From assembly GCF_018977255.1 (NCBI RefSeq), contig NW_024704742.1:133240001-133304000 (forward strand): a stretch of DNA of 64,000 nt. Reading direction: 5' to 3'. Position 1 is the stretch's first letter. The number at the start of each line of letters is the position of its first letter. Shown piece by piece: positions 25,380-37,682 of the stretch. The stretch comes from Callorhinchus milii (lineage: Eukaryota). Below the pieces are notes generated by a model that was given only the letters and a program-made list of their open reading frames with translations, was not told the origin of the DNA and made no database searches. The translations under genes and the position numbers were made by a program.

Positions 25380-25585
25380 AAAACAAAAAACAGAAATTGC
25401 TGGGAATACTCAGCAGGTCAGGCATGTTTTTCCTCCCAACATGCCCCAGTTCGGATGAAGGGTTGTGGACCCGAAACCTTGACTCGCTTTCCTTTCTCCA
25501 TAGATGCTGCCTGACCTGCTGAGTGTTCCCAGCGACTTCTGTTTTTGTTTTCAGATTTCCAGCATCTGCAGTATTTTGTGTTTTG
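25380..25585. mobile_element. Palindromic repeat resembling Penelope-like element termini seen in cartilaginous fish
   Basis: Inverted arms 25386-25424 and 25508-25546 (ACTCAGCAGGTCAGGCA / TGCCTGACCTGCTGAGT) flank a GATGAAGGGT...ACCCGAAAC core. Confidence 0.55.
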
Positions 25586-27799
25586 TTTATAGCAATAGAA
25601 GAGATGTGTGACAAGCTCCCGCAATGTAAAATCATAAGATCACGAACAATAAGTTAGCGTTTAAAGCTTCATCAATATCATCTGTCCCAGTCAGCTTCTA
25701 ATCAGAACGTGTCCAAACAGGTCGCTAATTCAGGCAATGTTTATCCCCCGCTGCAAATTCAGACAGCTTGGGACCAAACACTGTCTGGATTAGTGACTTG
25801 TTCGGATTTGCTGGAGCATGAAACCATCGGGACTTATTTCGCTTCATAACATGCAAACAGTCCCCTGCATTTGATTCAGCACCTTATGTCGTCGAGACGT
25901 CTCAAAGGACAGACTATAAAGTGGTGTGACTGTGTGTATTTTGTGGGCGTATTGGATTTTGAAAATTTAATGAGCCTTTTTTCTTTTGTATAAAACATTC
26001 ATCACATATTGGTTGTATATTACCTGGTAAATCGGGCTAACTACATATAGTAGTGTTTTGTTCAGAGATTACCACACAGTTGTAGCAGATGATCAGTCTG
26101 GTCAGATTAGAGGTTTTGAGCTGCAGATTTAGCTCCGTAATAAAAACCCTGAAAAACACCAATTGGTTCACAAATGTCATTCTTTATATACAGGGAGGGT
26201 GGAGCAATTTAGCAAAATGTTTTATTAGTAATAGTAGCCTGATGGATTTGTGATAATTTAAACATAAGATACCATTCACTTGGTGCGAGCACTGTGTAGT
26301 TGTGTATTGCAAATCGCTTTCTGGGGGTAATAATCCCTCCCCAAAAATAATAATTTGGTCAGTCAAACCATGAGTGTTCGTGGGACACTGCTGTGCATTA
26401 TTGGCTGTTGTGTTTCTCTCACAAAACACACAGGCACCACATTTTAAGTATATTGTATGAAACTCTTTGCGACAGCAGGATAAGGCGCTATATCAAATGC
26501 AAGGATTATTATTATATTAGGACATTTTAGCTCTGAAAGCAATAACAGATGAATGAACTGGGGTGTTGTTCTGAAGCACTCTCATGGATATCTGTTATTT
26601 AAGTGTCAATCAAGGTTTTACTCACATACATTTTCTACATGCCTATCCAGAGCATCGCTCATAAATGGTGCTGTCATTATATCACTACCTTTGCCTGACC
26701 GAGAGAGTAAATACGTTAATTGTTTGCTCTAAGGATTATACAGGGTGAGCAAGATTACCTTACTCTGTAAAGGTACTTTTGCTTTTGCTCTGGTCAAACT
26801 CTGACCCACCTGCTGGTTTGAATGCCTTTGAACCAAGGTCAGATGTCAGGTGGGTGGGAGCGGATCATTGGGAGCAAGATTTAAAACGGCAATGGCAAAT
26901 AACAGTGCACTGCAATTTAAAACTATACTTTCTCATTGATAGTATTACCCGTAGGAAATTACCAACAGCAACGATAATCAAGAGGTATGCAACAATTATT
27001 TCAAGTAAGAATGCTAAGGCAGCCCTAGAATTGGAGGAGGGGGACATATTATTTGGAACGAGCGCGTGTAAAATGCTTAAAATGAAGTTTAAATTCCAAT
27101 AACCTTGCACTGTAGCGGTTCATGCTGTCGGGTTTCTCACAGTGGGGTGGTCCTCGCCAACAACCTTCCAAACAAAACTGGTCAGTCACTGTTTCCGAAA
27201 CATTGCTTGCTGTGTGCAAATGTTTGTGGCAGCCAATTTAAGTCATTACGTTTTACACTGTACTCCGTGAAGCAATTTGAAATGTCCTCCTGATGTGAAA
27301 GGAGCTAAACAAATGCCACGGCTATTACTACAACGCTGAAAATCTCTCTCTCTCTTAGACCTACTAAATCCCCTATTCCCCAGTGGATTACTTTAAAGAT
27401 AATAATTATTCCCCGATCCTTGCATTCGACATAGCGCCTTTCTTAATAATAATAATAATAATTATAATAATCCTTCTTGTCAGGACGACGTCTAAAAGCG
27501 CCTCACGGGATATACCGTAAAGTGTGGTGGCTGCATTTTTATTTCAAAAGCAGGAAAATAATAATTAAAAATATACTCCACAAGGTTACCGCTGGTCCTT
27601 TAGGTGACTAGCGGTCGGGCCACGACACCAATTACAACACAACACACAGAATAAATATAATAGTTGCCCCGCACCGCACCGCTGAACGCAAACAAGACCG
27701 CTCTGCACCGCGACTTAATGGCGCTTCACCAATGACACTGAATAAAAAGCAACTTTACCATCCCGTCGCCACGAGCCTCACCGCAATCCAGATGTACCC

Positions 27800-27870
27800 C
27801 TCCCTCCCCCGCAACTGCCCCCCCACCCCCGCAACTGCCCCCCCACCCCCGCAACTGCCCCCCCACCCAC
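27800..27870. repeat. Short C-rich tandem repeat
   Basis: Three copies of about 20-bp CCCCCGCAACTGCCCCCCCA. Confidence 0.85.
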
Positions 27871-27984
27871 ACATAGCGGCCCCTCACCCCCTCCCCTCGG
27901 TACCTTACCCCTCCCGAGTGCCTCCTTGACCGCGATCGCTCCGATCACCGGCACCCCTGACCCCAACATCCCCCCCACCCACCC

Positions 27985-29075
27985 ACCCCCAGGGACCCCT
28001 CCTCACCCCCAGGGACCCCTCCTCACCCCCAGGGACCCCTCCTCACCCTCAGGGACCCTCCCCCACCCCCAGGGACCCCTCCTCACCCGCAGGGACCCTC
28101 CCCCACCCCCAGGGACCCCTCCTCACCCCCAGGGACCCCTCCTCACCCTCAGGGACCCCTCCTCACCCTCAGGACCCTCCCCCACCCGCATGGACCCTCC
28201 TCACCCGCAGGGACCCCTCCTCACCCTCAGGGAACCCTCCCCCACCCGCAGGGACCCTCCCCCACCCGCAGGGACCCTCACCCACCCCCAGGGACCCCTC
28301 CTCACCCTCAAGGAACCCTCCCCCACCCCCAGGGACCCCTCCTCACCCTCAAGGAACCCTCCCCACCCGCATGGACCCCTCCTCACCCGCAGGGACCCCT
28401 CCTCACCCTCAGGGAACCCTCCCCCACCCGCAGGGACCCTCCCCCACCCGCAGGGACCCTCCCCCACCCGCAGGGACCCTCACCCCCCCAGGGACCCCTC
28501 CTCACCCTCAAGGGACCCTCCCCACCCCCAGGGACCCCTCCTCACCCTCAAGGACCCCTCCTCACCCCCAGGGAACCCTCCTCACCCGCAGGACCCTCCC
28601 CCACCCCCAGGGACCCCTCCTCACCCCCAGGGACCCCTCCTCACCCTCAGGGACCCCTCCTCACCCTCAGGGAACCCTCCCCCACCCGCAGGGACCCCTC
28701 CTCACCCTCAGGAACCCTCCTCACCCTCAGGCAACCCCCCCACCCGCAGGGACCCCTCCTCACCCTCAAGGAACCCTCCCCCACCCTCAGGACCCTCCCC
28801 CACCCCAGGGACCCCTCCTCACCCGCAGGGACCCCTCCTCACCCCAGGGACCCCTCCTCACCTGCAGGACCCCTCCTCACCCTCAGGGAACCCTCCTCAC
28901 CCTCAGGAACCCTCCCCCACCCGCAGGGACCCTCCCCCACCCCAGGGACCCCTCCTCACCCGCAGGGACCCCTCCTCACCCTCAGGGAACCCTCCCCCAC
29001 CCCCAGGGACCCCTCCTCACCCCCAGGACCCCTCCTCACCCCAGGGACCCCTCCTCACCTCAGGGAACCTCCCCA
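27985..29075. repeat. GC-rich minisatellite, about 20-bp unit, roughly 50 copies, in TMEM267 intron 1
   Basis: Variants of CAGGGACCCCTCCTCACCCC repeated in tandem for about 1.1 kb. This array explains the Pro-rich ORFs 27926..29317 and 28371..29240. Confidence 0.97.
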
Positions 29076-29232
29076 CCCCAGGCCCACCCCCCACCATCCC
29101 TTCCCCAGACCACCTGCCCCACCACCTGCCCCACCCTCACCCCCCAACGGCCTCTCCACCCACTAGGCCCGACCCCCACGTCCCCAGCGCCCAAGGCGCG
29201 CCCCACCCCCTCCCCCTCAGTCAGGGACAAAC

Positions 29233-29340
29233 CTCGGTGACCAGCGGCACCGGACGATCACTCGGAGCTTCTGGGCCGTCACCGCATCCACCGCCGCCGC
29301 CGCCGCCCCGGAGCTGACCTGCCCGGGACCTGCCCCCCTC
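29233..29340 (-). other. TMEM267: Probable non-coding first exon of TMEM267 (5' boundary approximate)
   Basis: CpG-dense segment with a (GGC)n run on -, ending in donor-like GAG|GTTTGT at 29232, just downstream of a CCAAT/GC-box cluster. Confidence 0.5.
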
Positions 29341-29780
29341 CCGCCCCCAGACCGCGGCCATTGGTCACCTCGGCCTCCAACGCCAGCGCCCGTTGGCCAG
29401 CTGGTACGTCACTCACTCACTCTTCTCCCGCCCCCTCATTCAACCCCATTGGTCCGCCGCCTCCCTTCAAACTCTTGCTGCAATTAGTCAATGTTCACGC
29501 CCATCAACCGCCTCCCGCCTTCTCATTGGCCCCTGCCTCATAAACTCCCACTCCCATTGGTTTAATCCCGCGTCAATCACCTCCGCCTGCTCCCACCGCA
29601 CTCATTCATCCCATTGGGCTTCCCAGTGCCTATTGGTCAATTGGCACGTCAATCATCTAGCCGCCAGCTCTTTCGTTCACCTGATTGGCTGACGTGTGCG
29701 CCCCCCATCGGTTGCATCTCCCATTGGCTATCCGCCTTCCACCCACAACCAATCACCGAAGGCCGTCGCCCAGCACTGTC
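29340..29780 (-). promoter_or_regulatory. CpG-island-type promoter, probably of TMEM267, with many CCAAT boxes, GC boxes and CRE half-sites
   Basis: ATTGG on + at about 29360, 29448, 29525, 29556, 29613, 29632, 29640, 29684 and 29723; CCAAT at 29749; repeated CCGCC; ACGTCA/TGACGT at about 29406, 29646 and 29690. Confidence 0.7.
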
Positions 29781-30003
29781 CCGCCTTCTCCCACCTCTTC
29801 CATTTGGGCTTCTTGAGGGCACAGCTGAGTGACAGCAACAACAGCAACAACTTGCATTTGTACAGCGCTGCTCCCGCAGGATAGCGTCCCAGGGCGCTCA
29901 CTGACAGCACCTGGAAGGACGGACCGGTCACTGGCTGGGGGTGTGGGGGGGGGGCAGGGTATCATCCCACTCAGCTCTTGCTGACCCTACGAGCCAACAC
30001 CCA

Positions 30004-30326
30004 AATAATAATAATAATCCTTGCATTTGATATAGCGCTTTTCACGTCGGGAGAACGTCTCAAAGCGCTTCACAGAGTATACTGTCAAGTGAATTGACTG
30101 TATATTTGTGGGAGAACGCGGCAGCCAATTGCGCACAGCAATGTCCCACAAACAGTCGTAGATTGAAAATGACCAATTTATTATTGTTTTTGGTTTTGGA
30201 GGGATTATTATTAGGCTCTGTGTGGAGTAAGGAAACTTGCCCAAGGTTTCGCCCTCTGCCTGGAATTGAACTCAGGTCTCTCGCTTGCAAAGTGAGTGCT
30301 TTAACCACTGAACTACAAGACTCCAC
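30004..30326 (-). mobile_element. Young tRNA-derived SINE, short variant
   Basis: Nearly identical to 30545-30874 and 49914-50239. Has A/B-box head and (ATT)n tail. Confidence 0.92.
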
Positions 30327-30544
30327 AAATGAGCGACTAATTTGATTTTGGGGGACCAATGTTGACCAGGACACCAGGAGAGACCAACTCTTCTCTTCAA
30401 TAGGGCCATGGGATCATCAGCTTGGGATGTGCTCCCGATGTGAAAGGCTGGGGATAACGGGAACGGATCGTTGCTTCGTTGGAGGGACTGTCCTTTGGAT
30501 GAGACAATCAACCAAGATCCCGACTATCTCATTTAGGGGCACAT

Positions 30545-30874
30545 TAATAATAATAATAATAATAATCCTTGCATTTGATATAGCGCTTTTCACGTCGGGA
30601 GGACGTCCCAAAGCGCTTCACAGAACACACTGTAAAGTGAATTGACTGTATATTTGTGGGCGAACGCTGCAGCCAATTGCGCACAGCAATGTCCCACAAA
30701 CAGTCGTAGATTGAAAATGACCAATTTTATTATTGTTTTTGGTTTTGGAGGGATTATTATGAGGCTCTGTGTGGAGTAAGGAAACTTGCCCAAGGTTTCG
30801 CCCTCTGCCTGGAATTGAACTCAGGTCTCTCGCTTGCAAAGCGAGTGCTCTAACCACTGAGCTAAAAGACTCCA
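30545..30874 (-). mobile_element. Young tRNA-derived SINE, short variant
   Basis: Nearly identical to 30004-30326 and 49914-50239. Confidence 0.92.
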
Positions 30875-32344
30875 AGCTCCCTCACGCTCTATCCCACCCA
30901 CCTCCCCATTCAACACAAAACTGTACATTCACAAATAGGGAGAGTAGCAGGAATTAGGCAACTATTAAGTCAGCTAACGTTATAATTTTGACAATCAATT
31001 ATTGAATAAACAGTGCTTTGTGATGTGAAATAAATTGGCCATGTTCAGGAGCAATAGAATTTGTTGACAGCATATTGGCCAGGTAGATGCCCAGCACCTT
31101 GGGACATCCTAACAATGTGAAAGGCGCTACACAAATGTAATTTTGGATTGTATTTTGTGTTGGAAGTATTGTGCTGGAAAAGGTGTTGAAAGTCATAAGT
31201 GGCTAGATATATAACCGAGCTGGGAGAGGGCGGAAAGTTACTGGAAACTCTTTCATGTCAACAAAAAACAACTACCAATTGCATTTATATAGCACCTTTC
31301 ACGTGGATAAAGTCTCGAAGCACTTTACACCACTCTCGATTACAATTTGACACCATAATAATAATAATAATCCATGCATTTGATACAGTACCTTATCACC
31401 ATCTGTGACAACCTTAAACAGTTTCAGCTTGGTGTGTTCAAAACTTGCTGCTAATGTTTGAAAAAGATTGTTTTGGTCAGCCGGGTGTCTTGAGACATGC
31501 GGCAAAACCCATCGTTATGCTTAAAAAAAATCCCAGCTTTCCGCACAAAAACAAGTACATCAAAGCCAAGGAAGTGATAAGAGAGCCAACCTGGCAACAT
31601 CTGAGAACAGGGCAAAACTAAGGAACCCATGGCAAATACAGAAGTTCTGATGAAATGTTAGGTTTAAATAGTGATCAATCTTCTGTGCATTTCCAGTGTT
31701 ATTAGAGAAAAAAAACAGTAAATTAGATAATAGAGTACTTGCTGTTTACAAGATTGTTTTGCAGATTTTCTTGGTGATATTCCGGTATAAACACTTTGGA
31801 ATGAAAACATCTTGACGGTTTATTTCTGTCCTTGTATTGGTCCATTTACGGAAAGAGTGTGCAGGAAAATCAAAGTAAAACAGGAAGAATATTTTTAGTC
31901 AACAGGAAATGACTGATTTGGATCTCTCGCGTTTCGGGGAAGTGTGCGAACAAACACTTACAGCTCCACTTACCACTCCTTTTATTCCAATAAAAATTGG
32001 TAATTGAATCTCTGCATCAACCGCAACTTGCGTTTACTGCACCCTTCAGGTGGGGTAGCGTCTTGTACCACTTAAAGTTGTGAATTCTCATTCATAAATC
32101 ACTCCTGAAAAAAGAAAGCTAAGATTTGTTTGAGAGGCTACCAGTACATAGATATAATAATCCTTGCATTTGATATAGCGCCTTATCATGTCATTGAGAT
32201 GTCTCAAAGCGCTTTGCAGGATATACTGTAAAGTGGATTGATTTTATATTTTGTGGGCGAAATGCAGCAGCCAATTGCACACAGCAGTGTCCCACAAACA
32301 GTCGTGGATTGAATGACCAATTTATTATTATTGTTTGCAGGGTT

Positions 32345-32470
32345 ATGGGGAGAAAGCTGGTGATTGGGGTTAGTGAAAGTGACTTGCTCTGCCAAAGAGC
32401 CGGCACAGACTCGATGGGCCGAATGGCCTCCTTCTGTGCCGTAACATTCTATGAATCTATGAATCTATAT
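32345..32470 (+). mobile_element. CR1-type 3' terminus
   Basis: AAAGAGCCGGCACAGACTCGATGGGCCGAATGGCCTCCTTCTGTGC followed by a (CTATGAAT)n tail. Confidence 0.75.
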
Positions 32471-35400
32471 AGCCTTTTACAGCAATAGAAGGCCATTCGA
32501 CCCAACTAGTCTGTCACGGTGTTTGTACTTCACTTGAGACTCCGCCCTTCCTATTCCCTTCTCCCTCATGTGTGCATCACGTTTCCTCTTAATAGTGAGG
32601 ACAGGTAACGCCAACAACCCCACTAAAATGGAAGTAAACTGCAGCCGAAAGCAAAAAAACATCAGAAGTTCTTCGTAACAAAAAGGATTTATTATATGGA
32701 AAATACATTAGTGTAAATCAACAAAATACAACATTTAATATACAGTAGTGTGAAATGCTGTGGTACAGACAGCTCCAATAAATATGTATTTGAAAATGTG
32801 GTTTATTGCTGAAATATAGCTGAACTTGCGTAATATTTCTAAAATGCAACAGTCTTCTGATCAGAGACCTGAGTGTGCAAGACAGGTAACCCTTCACTTG
32901 GATGCAGGCGCCTGTGATGGGCAAGCTAATTGCTGAACTGAAGTTAATGCACCCTTATTCTCAGCAGTCATTGGGGTCTGGGGGGGGGGGGGGGGGGGGG
33001 AGGAGAGAGCAACGGGGGAGAAGGAGAGAAGAAAAGGCTTCACTGGCACAGATTCTTACAATACCAGTTTTTCGATGATGAGCAACAGTGCCAGAGACAA
33101 TATTGTATGCAGGGTTTCTGCAAAAAGCTCTGCATTGGGACTGCACATGAGGTTTGTGATCGACTTGTACTGGCCTTTCAGTTAAGGTGGACGTGAATAA
33201 TTAATGCACAAGGTATCCACAAAGTTCTCTTACCCCCTTTTACAAAACATCAATATGAGACTACAGAGGAGTTGAAACACGCTGTCAGAGATCCATTTTG
33301 TCTCCTCGCTCCATCCATGTTATGGAAGATGTTACATCGAACATGGCGAGGGATCATTATCTGCCATGAAAAATTATGGAGCTCACAATGATCCTCTGGA
33401 CATCTAAATACAGTTAAACACTTGTACTGAATACAATTAAGCGCTTCCAAATACAATTATCAGCATTCTTCCACCTGTTTCAGTTGTTGGTCAGTGCACT
33501 GTAGAAAAAAATCATGGGGGTAACAGGACTTTGTGAACACACTGTATTATCTCCCTTTCTCTCCCCCCCACCCCATTGAGTTCCTCTCACGAATTGATGC
33601 TCTTGGCAGTAGGAGGGAAATGTTTCATCAACTTTGGATACGGGCTCATACCAAAATATATTACCAGTTAACCATGCTAACAAACAGAACCCTACACAGA
33701 TTCGGCTAGCATTTTAAAAGTCTTAAGAGTAGCAAACTCACATATGTACACCTGCTCAGCTTTACTATGCTGCAAGACCCATTGACCTAGAAAAGTATCA
33801 CTCTCTTACACTTTACATAATTCACTGCTCACTAGTAACGAATACAGTATACGGTACACAAAAGTGGTCTAAAAATCAGCCATTCAAGCATCCGCAAACC
33901 ACTGCTACATATTACTTTTTAGGTAGAAAAAGAACCTTCAGATACCAGACTGAGAGGTGGTTCATGGACTAAGTCAGACATTATTTCATATCCCACCCTG
34001 TCCACCATTGCATCGAATTAGAGAACAAACTCTTCCTCCATGGCTCGTATTAATCTGCCTTATGCATTGACTGCAGCACCGAAGTTGAAAGTTGAAAGCA
34101 AATTCAATCACACAAGTACTCACTGTACAGTACAGCTTGTGAAACAACTAAAGCTCAAAGCAAACAAAGAGCAAAATAGTTTTGTGTCATTCCCATCGTG
34201 CTGTGTACAACCCATTGAAAGTCTCACGGCCGGCAGTTGGCAATGGTTTAAAGTGAAATTGACGCAATAAAGCAAGACACTGAACAATTTTGTTAGGCTA
34301 CTGTTTTAAAAATATTACTTATGAACCATTTTAGACAACGCAGATGGGCTGTTCCTTCTTAAGAAAAATGTTAACTGATTCTAGGTAAATTTATAATAAT
34401 AATAATCCTTGCATTTGATATAGCGCCTTATTACTTAGTTGAGCCATCTCAAAGCGCTTCACAGAATATATTGTAAAGTGGATAGACTGTGGGTGAAACA
34501 CATTATTATCGGGTGATATGCGATTACACCAAAACATCAAAAAGCAATCCCAGTGGGTTATTATTATTATTAATAATAATGAAAGTACAAGAGCAAGGAC
34601 CTTTATGAATCCTTCATTATTTCATGCTTCAATTTCAATATTTAAAACTTGACTGGCACTGTTGCGACACAGGGGAAGTAACACTGTTTTAGCTCTGTGC
34701 ACAGTTCAGAATCGCAAATACTTGTTTTTTTAACAATATAAATAGTTCACTTCAAGAAAGCTTGCAGTTGGCTAGTCATCGCCCATGGAAAATAGCCCCG
34801 AAACACTGCAATATAAATAAGATATAGGACCTTCCATAGCACACATAAATATATGCAATATTAAAGTTTAAGGCCAGTAAATAGGTTGCTTCTCGCTCAA
34901 CGAAGCAAATAGGTTGTCTTAAAATATCAAGTTTTTCCAATTTTTAAAATACATGCGTGGTTATATCTGAAAAGGCAAATACGATAACAGTAAACTTCAG
35001 AAGGTCCATCAACAGTTCTCCGCTCTCTGTCAAGGTGACAGCTCAGAGATGAGCTGGAGTTTCTCTGAACTTCATTACATTTATTGAGAAACCCCTCAGC
35101 ACAATTGTAAAGTTTGACTTTGGATTTTTTTATATTTAAAAAGAACTGCTACATTAGCCCTACTACAGTGAATTGCATTCCAATAGGTAATTTAACAGAA
35201 CATGTTTTAAGGTACGAGACAAAACAGCAGTGCTGTCAAAAATCTAACTAAATAGTTATTTACATCTCTCTGAAATAAGGGAAACAATTGTGGTCACTGG
35301 CTAATGGAGAGGTAACAGTGATTATTCTTTTCACATGGCTATAATATCCCTTTTCCAGAAGATGTATAGTATAACATGCAGTGTTTTGCGTGAAGCAAAT

Positions 35401-35859
35401 ATATCACTGCACACAAAATGACTAGCAAGTGATTGTGTGGTATGTACTTTTGCCTGTGTGGCACATAAGGATTAAGTGAAGGATGCTGAATGTGAAAGTT
35501 ATCTAAACAGCTAATGGCAGTGACAAACCCCTCGCAAAATACAGAGATATTCTTGGCACAAACCAAGTTTTTAAAAAAAATTCCTAGGGCAAAGCAAGAG
35601 AGGCCAATGTGTAGAGGGGCCAAGTCATAGAAAAACAAGTCACAATAAAGGCAGAGACTGAAAGATAAAGATAAAGCAGGAAATGCTGACACTGGAGACA
35701 AAGTTGGAAGCAGAACAGATCAAGATTAACAAGCAGGGAAGGATGGCATTAAAGGCAGATGGCATATACTGTATATAAAAATAATATGGCAGAGATTAGC
35801 ACGTCACTCTGTCCCTCTGTTAACATTCACTTTCTTGCATCTCTTCCACTTTATCTCAC

Positions 35860-36015
35860 CTCCCCCACTCAGCTCTCCTCTCCCCTCTGATCCTCAATCT
35901 ATCAGCTCACCTCCCTCACTACATTCTCAGTCTATCAATCATCTTACACCTCCCTTGGCCCTCAGTCTATCAGCTCATGACTCCCACTCGATCTATCCAT
36001 CAGCTCACTTGCTCC
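35860..36015. repeat. Degenerate pyrimidine-rich tandem repeat
   Basis: About 4-5 recurrences of a CTCAGTCTATCAGCTCA-like core. Confidence 0.55.
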
Positions 36016-36438
36016 ATCCATCTTCATATTAGGTCTAATTTGCATCACGAGATTAACATAGTATCTGAATCACAAATAGAGTTGATTTTCTTAAATTCTA
36101 ACTCACGTAATAGAGTATTTTGCCTGTAATCGAGATGCTTCAAGTTGACCAACGGAAACCTGGGATGCACGTCAGGTAGTGTTGGTGCACGTTTCCTCCA
36201 GGCCAACTTCCAGGTTACTCTATGTGTACCTCAGAGTCTACATCAATCCTGAAATCTGGCACATTCCTTATGTCTCTGCTTTCACTGCTCACGACCTGCT
36301 CCCCATTATTATCATCTTGTGACAATGACATCCTTGGATCACGATAAGCAACACAAGACACTCCGAGCTAATCTAACACTTCTGCATTCGCCATTCCCTC
36401 GTTCAATTCATCTCAGGGCAATGGATGCAATCGGTGAA

Positions 36439-36444
36439 TTTATT
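36439..36444 (-). terminator. Candidate proximal poly(A) signal of RAI14
   Basis: AATAAA on -, about 440 nt after the stop. Further candidates at 35080-35085 and 32688-32693. Confidence 0.4.
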
Positions 36445-36880
36445 GTAAAAAATAACTATTAAATACCTGATGATACTTATTGGTTGCTATGAACACCATT
36501 GCCTTAACCTCAACGTACGTAGCACACAAAATCTTTGAATGTTCTTGTTTAAGCAACGAACTAAACGAGTCGATGAAAAAAAAACATAATGGCAACTCCA
36601 CTAACCACAGTCTGTTCCCATCATGGATATTTTGGTGCAAACAGAATGGACGGGTTACAGAATTGTATGTTTAATAGCCAGAGGTAAACTACTAATATTT
36701 TCTATACTGCTTCAAGAACGTACAGGATAATGGTGGTTAAATATCATTGAGTTATCAAAACAAAGGAGCTTTTGTAAACTGTAATTTTTTTTTTTCGCAA
36801 ATCTAAAAAGGTCCATTATCCCATATCCGTCCCAGCAGCTGTGGCACTTTTCAGCGGTTGTTGAGGCACCGTTACGCACA

Positions 36881-36958
36881 TCACTTCTTCAATGTATGGG
36901 TCTTGCACATGGTCAAAATCTGTTTCAGGGCTTTTTGGACGTCTTCGTCCATTTGACC
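36881..36958 (-). CDS. RAI14: RAI14/ankycorbin last coding exon
   Basis: tctctag| then GQMDEDVQKALKQILTMCKTHTLKK-TGA, the diagnostic RAI14 C-terminus. Confidence 0.95.
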   Translation of the reverse strand, partial: GQMDEDVQKALKQILTMCKTHTLKK

Positions 36959-37682
36959 CTAGAGAAAGACAACGGACAAAGACGAGGTCAACTTAGAGGC
37001 AAGAGCAAAGTGCCACTGATACGAGTTGCAGGCTGTTCATCATTTTTAATACTCCATTGTATACTCCATTAGAAAAGCTAAATGGAACCGTAAATTAACA
37101 GCACAGAAGATAGCCAACTGGACAGTCAGGGATTTGGACACGAGCAGGGGATTAGGGTGAGGAGAGGGCAGGATTATCTCCAATTACCTGATCTTTCCCA
37201 GCACCTCTGTAGTTTACTGAATTTTAGGTATCTGTCTAGTTCCCTTTTGAAAGCTAATATGGATTCTGCCAGAACCAACGTTCCCAGCAGGGAATTTCAT
37301 ATGCTAACTGCCCTGTGCGTGAAAATAATATCTCCTACCCTACCCATCTACTCGTTTTCTAACTCTCTTAAATTGATGGTCACTGACCAACTCCCTGATC
37401 AAATCTGAAGAGGAACTGAAGCTTTTGAAAATATGTGGCCACAGTGAAACTAAAGAACTAAAGGAACGACACACTTAGGAACATAGATATTTACAGCACT
37501 GAAGGAGACTATTCAGCACCATCAATTGGACTAAAGCCCAGCTTCTGTGACTGCAAATGGCATTAACCTTTGTCTTTGATATGAGGAGTTTGGGAATAGA
37601 GTCTTAAAGATAGCCTTAATTTGGAAACAGATTTTCTGTATCCCCCAGGACACTGAGATTCATTTGAGCTTGAAAGATCTAT

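Noticed and set aside
27985..29075. Possible CRISPR-like array
   Set aside because: The units are directly adjacent with no unique spacers, there are no cas genes, and the context is vertebrate.
27926..29317. 463-aa and 289-aa proline-rich ORFs resembling collagen or extensin
   Set aside because: They are translations of a 20-bp C-rich minisatellite that lacks stop codons; there is no sustained Gly-X-Y pattern or splice context.
29987..30957. Repeated ORFs such as MGKFPYSTQSLIII and HCCAQLAAAF suggesting a small multigene family
   Set aside because: They are translations of SINE copies, recurring wherever the SINE occurs.
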